DNA of 18,355 nucleotides from a virus (Duplodnaviria; Heunggongvirae; Uroviricota; Caudoviricetes): IMG/VR virus record IMGVR_UViG_2534682080_000004, positions 1 to 18,355 of that record; one strand, 5' to 3'. Shown piece by piece: positions 16,059 to 18,355 of this stretch (position 1 is its first letter; each line of letters starts with the position of its first letter). The notes under the pieces were generated by a model. It saw only the letters and a program-made list of their open reading frames with translations, ran no database searches and was not told where the DNA came from. The position numbers and the translations under genes were made by a program.

Positions 16059-16296
16059 TTTCACCAGCATATTTTTCTTCCAGTAATACCGCCAGCCACT
16101 TGAAAGAATTTTGTTGTTGCTGGGACCATTTGGGGTTGAGTGATTCAAGCTGGAGCGATGCCAGTGTTGGTTGCATTTGTTCCTTGGGAATTGAGAATGC
16201 CAGATATGAAAATGCGACAGTAAGGGCATTTACATCATCCCGAAGCCTGGAAATGCAGTCGAGCAACTCCTGTAGAGAAATGGTGCTATTGTCCAT
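16024..16296 (-). CDS. Hypothetical protein (about 90 aa), convergent with the preceding ORF
   Basis: ATG at 16296 preceded by SD GAGAGGA; helical, protein-like translation (MDNSTISLQELLDCISRLRDDVNALTVAF...); 3' ends of the two genes overlap by 35 nt. Confidence 0.5.
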   Translation of the reverse strand: MDNSTISLQELLDCISRLRDDVNALTVAFSYLAFSIPKEQMQPTLASLQLESLNPKWSQQQQNSFKWLAVLLEEKYAGEITISAESSENQ

Positions 16297-16401
16297 AAAC
16301 AATCCTCTCTATTGTATTTAACTATTCCTTGCCTGATTCAACAGGCCGGGACAGATAAACATATCCAGGGTTCAGAAACCGATAAATCCTGATAAATATC
16401 C

Positions 16402-16935
16402 ATGAACGCAAAAATCAGATACGGCCTGTCGGCTGCCGTTCTGGCACTGATTGCCGTCGGTGCGCCTGCGCCTGATATTCTCGACCAGTTTCTGGATGAA
16501 AAAGAAGGTAACCACACAACGGCATACCGCGATGGTTCCGGCATCTGGACCATCTGTCGGGGTGCCACGGTGGTGGATGGAAAACCCGTTTTTCCCGGTA
16601 TGAAACTGTCGAAGGAAAAATGCGACCAGGTTAACGCCATTGAACGGGATAAGGCGCTGGCATGGGTGGAGCGCAATATTAAAGTGCCACTGACCGAACC
16701 ACAGAAAGCGGGTATCGCGTCATTTTGTCCCTATAACATTGGCCCCGGTAAGTGTTTCCCGTCGACGTTTTATAAGCGGCTGAATGCCGGTGATCGTAAA
16801 GGTGCATGCGAGGCGATTCGCTGGTGGATAAAAGATGGTGGGCGCGATTGCCGCATACGTTCAAATAACTGCTATGGACAGGTTATTCGTCGAGACCAGG
16901 AAAGCGCATTAGCCTGTTGGGGGATAGATCAGTGA
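16402..16935 (+). CDS. R: SAR endolysin (T4-lysozyme-like muramidase with N-terminal signal-anchor-release domain)
   Basis: N-terminal Gly/Ala-rich weakly hydrophobic segment [18 protein letters not shown]; catalytic E-x8-D-x5-T motif ([16 protein letters not shown]); pairs with the pinholin. Confidence 0.88.
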   Translation: MNAKIRYGLSAAVLALIAVGAPAPDILDQFLDEKEGNHTTAYRDGSGIWTICRGATVVDGKPVFPGMKLSKEKCDQVNAIERDKALAWVERNIKVPLTEPQKAGIASFCPYNIGPGKCFPSTFYKRLNAGDRKGACEAIRWWIKDGGRDCRIRSNNCYGQVIRRDQESALACWGIDQ

Positions 16936-17390
16936 GCAGAGTCGCCGCGATTATTTATGCTCTGGTTATCTGCATCATCGTCTGCCTGTCATGGGCTGTT
17001 AATCATTACCGTGATAACGCAATCGCCTACAAAGAGCAGCGCGATAACAAGGCCAGTGAACTGGAGAAGGCGAGCGCCACCATCGCTGACATGCGGAAGC
17101 GTCAACGTGATGTAGCAGAACTCGACGCAAGATACACAAAGGAGCTTGCTGATGCTAACGCGACTATCGAAAGTCTCCGTGCTGATGTTTCTGCTGGGCG
17201 TAAGCGCCTGCAAGTCGCCGCCACCTGTGCAAAGTCAACGACCGGAGCCAGCGGCATGGGCGATGGAGAAAGCCCAGGACTTACAGCAGATGCTGAACTC
17301 AATTATTACCGTCTCCGAAGTGGAATCGACAAGATAACCGCGCAGGTTAACTACCTGCAGGAATACATCAGGACGCAATGCCTGAAATAA
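16932..17390 (+). CDS. Rz: i-spanin Rz
   Basis: From GTG 16932: [37 protein letters not shown]... is near-identical in pattern to lambda Rz. Confidence 0.85.
   Translation: MSRVAAIIYALVICIIVCLSWAVNHYRDNAIAYKEQRDNKASELEKASATIADMRKRQRDVAELDARYTKELADANATIESLRADVSAGRKRLQVAATCAKSTTGASGMGDGESPGLTADAELNYYRLRSGIDKITAQVNYLQEYIRTQCLK
17146..17337 (+). CDS. Rz1: o-spanin Rz1 (lipoprotein) embedded in the +1 frame of Rz
   Basis: Signal peptide plus lipobox LLGVSAC followed by a Pro-rich segment; fully inside Rz, as for lambda Rz1. Confidence 0.75.
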   Translation: MLMLTRLSKVSVLMFLLGVSACKSPPPVQSQRPEPAAWAMEKAQDLQQMLNSIITVSEVESTR

Positions 17391-17421
17391 TTTTTTTGCA
17401 AATCACAAAGTCCATTTATTG

Positions 17422-17476
17422 AGCCTCGCGATGCGGGGCTTTTTGCAATAAATGCGTACCGCAACGCATGTTTTTT
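17422..17476 (+). terminator. Tandem hairpin terminators after Rz
   Basis: AGCCTCGC-GAT-GCGGGGCT followed by TTTT (17422..17445), then ATGCGT-ACCGCA-ACGCAT followed by GTTTTTT (17452..17476). Confidence 0.5.
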
Positions 17477-17591
17477 ACACCGAACCTGCCCCTTTGGAAT
17501 GGGCCTTTGAGGATACCAGTTAGTGCTGGCGAGCCTCGGTGGGCTGGTTTCCTGTGCGGCAAAGGTTCATTTCAAAGAGTAGGTACACGCT

Positions 17592-18089
17592 ATGAAATCA
17601 TTAACCCTCTTCAATCAACCAATTCGTATCGGTGAAGATGGCATGATCTGCCTCACTGATATGTGGAAAGCCAGTGGTAAAAGTGAATCTGAATCGCCTT
17701 ACCACTACCTGCGAAACAAGCAGACCAAAGAGTTCTTAGCCGAGCTGGAGAAAAACCACGAATCTGTGGTTTTTACTGAGCGCGGTGTACACGGTGGAAC
17801 ATATGGCGGGAAGTTTGTTGCTTACGATTATGCGGCTTGGTTAAACCCCGGGTTCAAGTACGCGGCCTATAAAGTCCTCGATAACTACTTCACCGGAGAA
17901 CTTCAGCATCGCAACAGCTTAAGTGCGCAGCTCAACATGAAATGTCATGAGTTTGACCAGAATAAAGACATGGCGAGCTTCTGCGGACAAGGGCTGGCAG
18001 CATGGCGCTATACGAAGCCAGTGTTGGTCGCTGAGATTAACTCCCTGGCTAACCAGCTGCAGATTACGATCCCCGGGCTTCCGGGATGA
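17592..18089 (+). CDS. Second KilA-N-like domain protein (165 aa)
   Basis: ICLTDMWKASGK...YHYLRNKQTKEFLAELE and GGKFVAYDYAAWLNPGFKYAAYKVLDNYF parallel the KilA-N motifs of the 10691..11488 protein. Confidence 0.55.
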   Translation: MKSLTLFNQPIRIGEDGMICLTDMWKASGKSESESPYHYLRNKQTKEFLAELEKNHESVVFTERGVHGGTYGGKFVAYDYAAWLNPGFKYAAYKVLDNYFTGELQHRNSLSAQLNMKCHEFDQNKDMASFCGQGLAAWRYTKPVLVAEINSLANQLQITIPGLPG

Positions 18090-18355
18090 GTGATCGTGTC
18101 ATTGAATGCGCCTCCAGAGCGGGGCGCGACTTCTCAGAGTTCATGAAAGGCGAGAAGGGCATGATGGAAGCATTGGCCTCGGTGGATGAGTTTGGCGAGC
18201 AGCTGCGCCTCAACGGCTGTGTCAATCATCACTTTGTTAGCTACATGATGCGGAACTCGATCATGCAGGCATTCATGGACATGGCAAAAGCCGAGAGGAA
18301 AGAAGAGCGCCGGCGTAAGCGAGCGGAAGCAAAAGCAAAAGCAAAAGTGAAGTAG
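18086..18355 (+). CDS. Hypothetical protein (89 aa) with Lys/Arg-rich C-terminal tail
   Basis: ATG overlaps the upstream stop (ATGA); ORF ends with TAG at the last bases of the window; no family recognised. Confidence 0.45.
   Translation: MSDRVIECASRAGRDFSEFMKGEKGMMEALASVDEFGEQLRLNGCVNHHFVSYMMRNSIMQAFMDMAKAERKEERRRKRAEAKAKAKVK

Larger units (their letters stand above)
1445..18355. mobile_element. Lambdoid prophage (left end, attL at thrW 3' end; continues beyond window)
   Basis: Integrase ends 15 bp from the tRNA 3' end; then xis, early-left genes, cI/cro, replication, Q and lysis modules in canonical lambdoid order. Confidence 0.88.

Noticed and set aside
15989-16321. Plus-strand 110-aa ORF overlapping the minus-strand small gene
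   Set aside because: Ser/Cys-rich and less protein-like than the minus-strand frame, which has a strong SD; treated as a shadow ORF.
1-18355. Search for IS elements / transposase genes or terminal inverted repeats flanking the cargo cassette
   Set aside because: No transposase-like ORF and no obvious terminal inverted repeats or direct-repeat duplications around 12839..15231 by eye; the insertion mechanism remains unknown.

Overview
This window is the left junction and roughly the first 17 kb of a lambdoid prophage integrated at the thrW tRNA-Thr gene, immediately downstream of host proA. The prophage is mosaic: a P22-type int/xis module, a CPS-53-like early-left operon (yfdT/S/R/Q/P-like), a cI/cro immunity region with operator palindromes, a replication/nin-type region (CII-like, O-like initiator with internal iterons, PerC-like, LexA-DBD-like, RusA, KilA-N, DUF968, Q antiterminator), and a phage-21-type lysis cassette (pinholin, SAR endolysin, Rz/Rz1). 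The most interesting element is an AT-rich, opposite-strand two-gene cassette (12839..15231) inserted between Q and the late promoter/terminator region. It encodes a zinc-ribbon protein with a possible YejK/NdpA-like domain and a partner with C-terminal transmembrane helices; I cannot assign it to a named system and propose it as a candidate novel anti-phage/abortive-infection module. Other points worth a second look are a single-base frameshift in the integrase, a long structured non-coding region, a self-contained zinc-finger gene beside cI, a LexA DNA-binding-domain-only protein, and two convergent small genes between holin and endolysin. All protein family assignments are from reading the translations and recalling families; no database search or computation was run.
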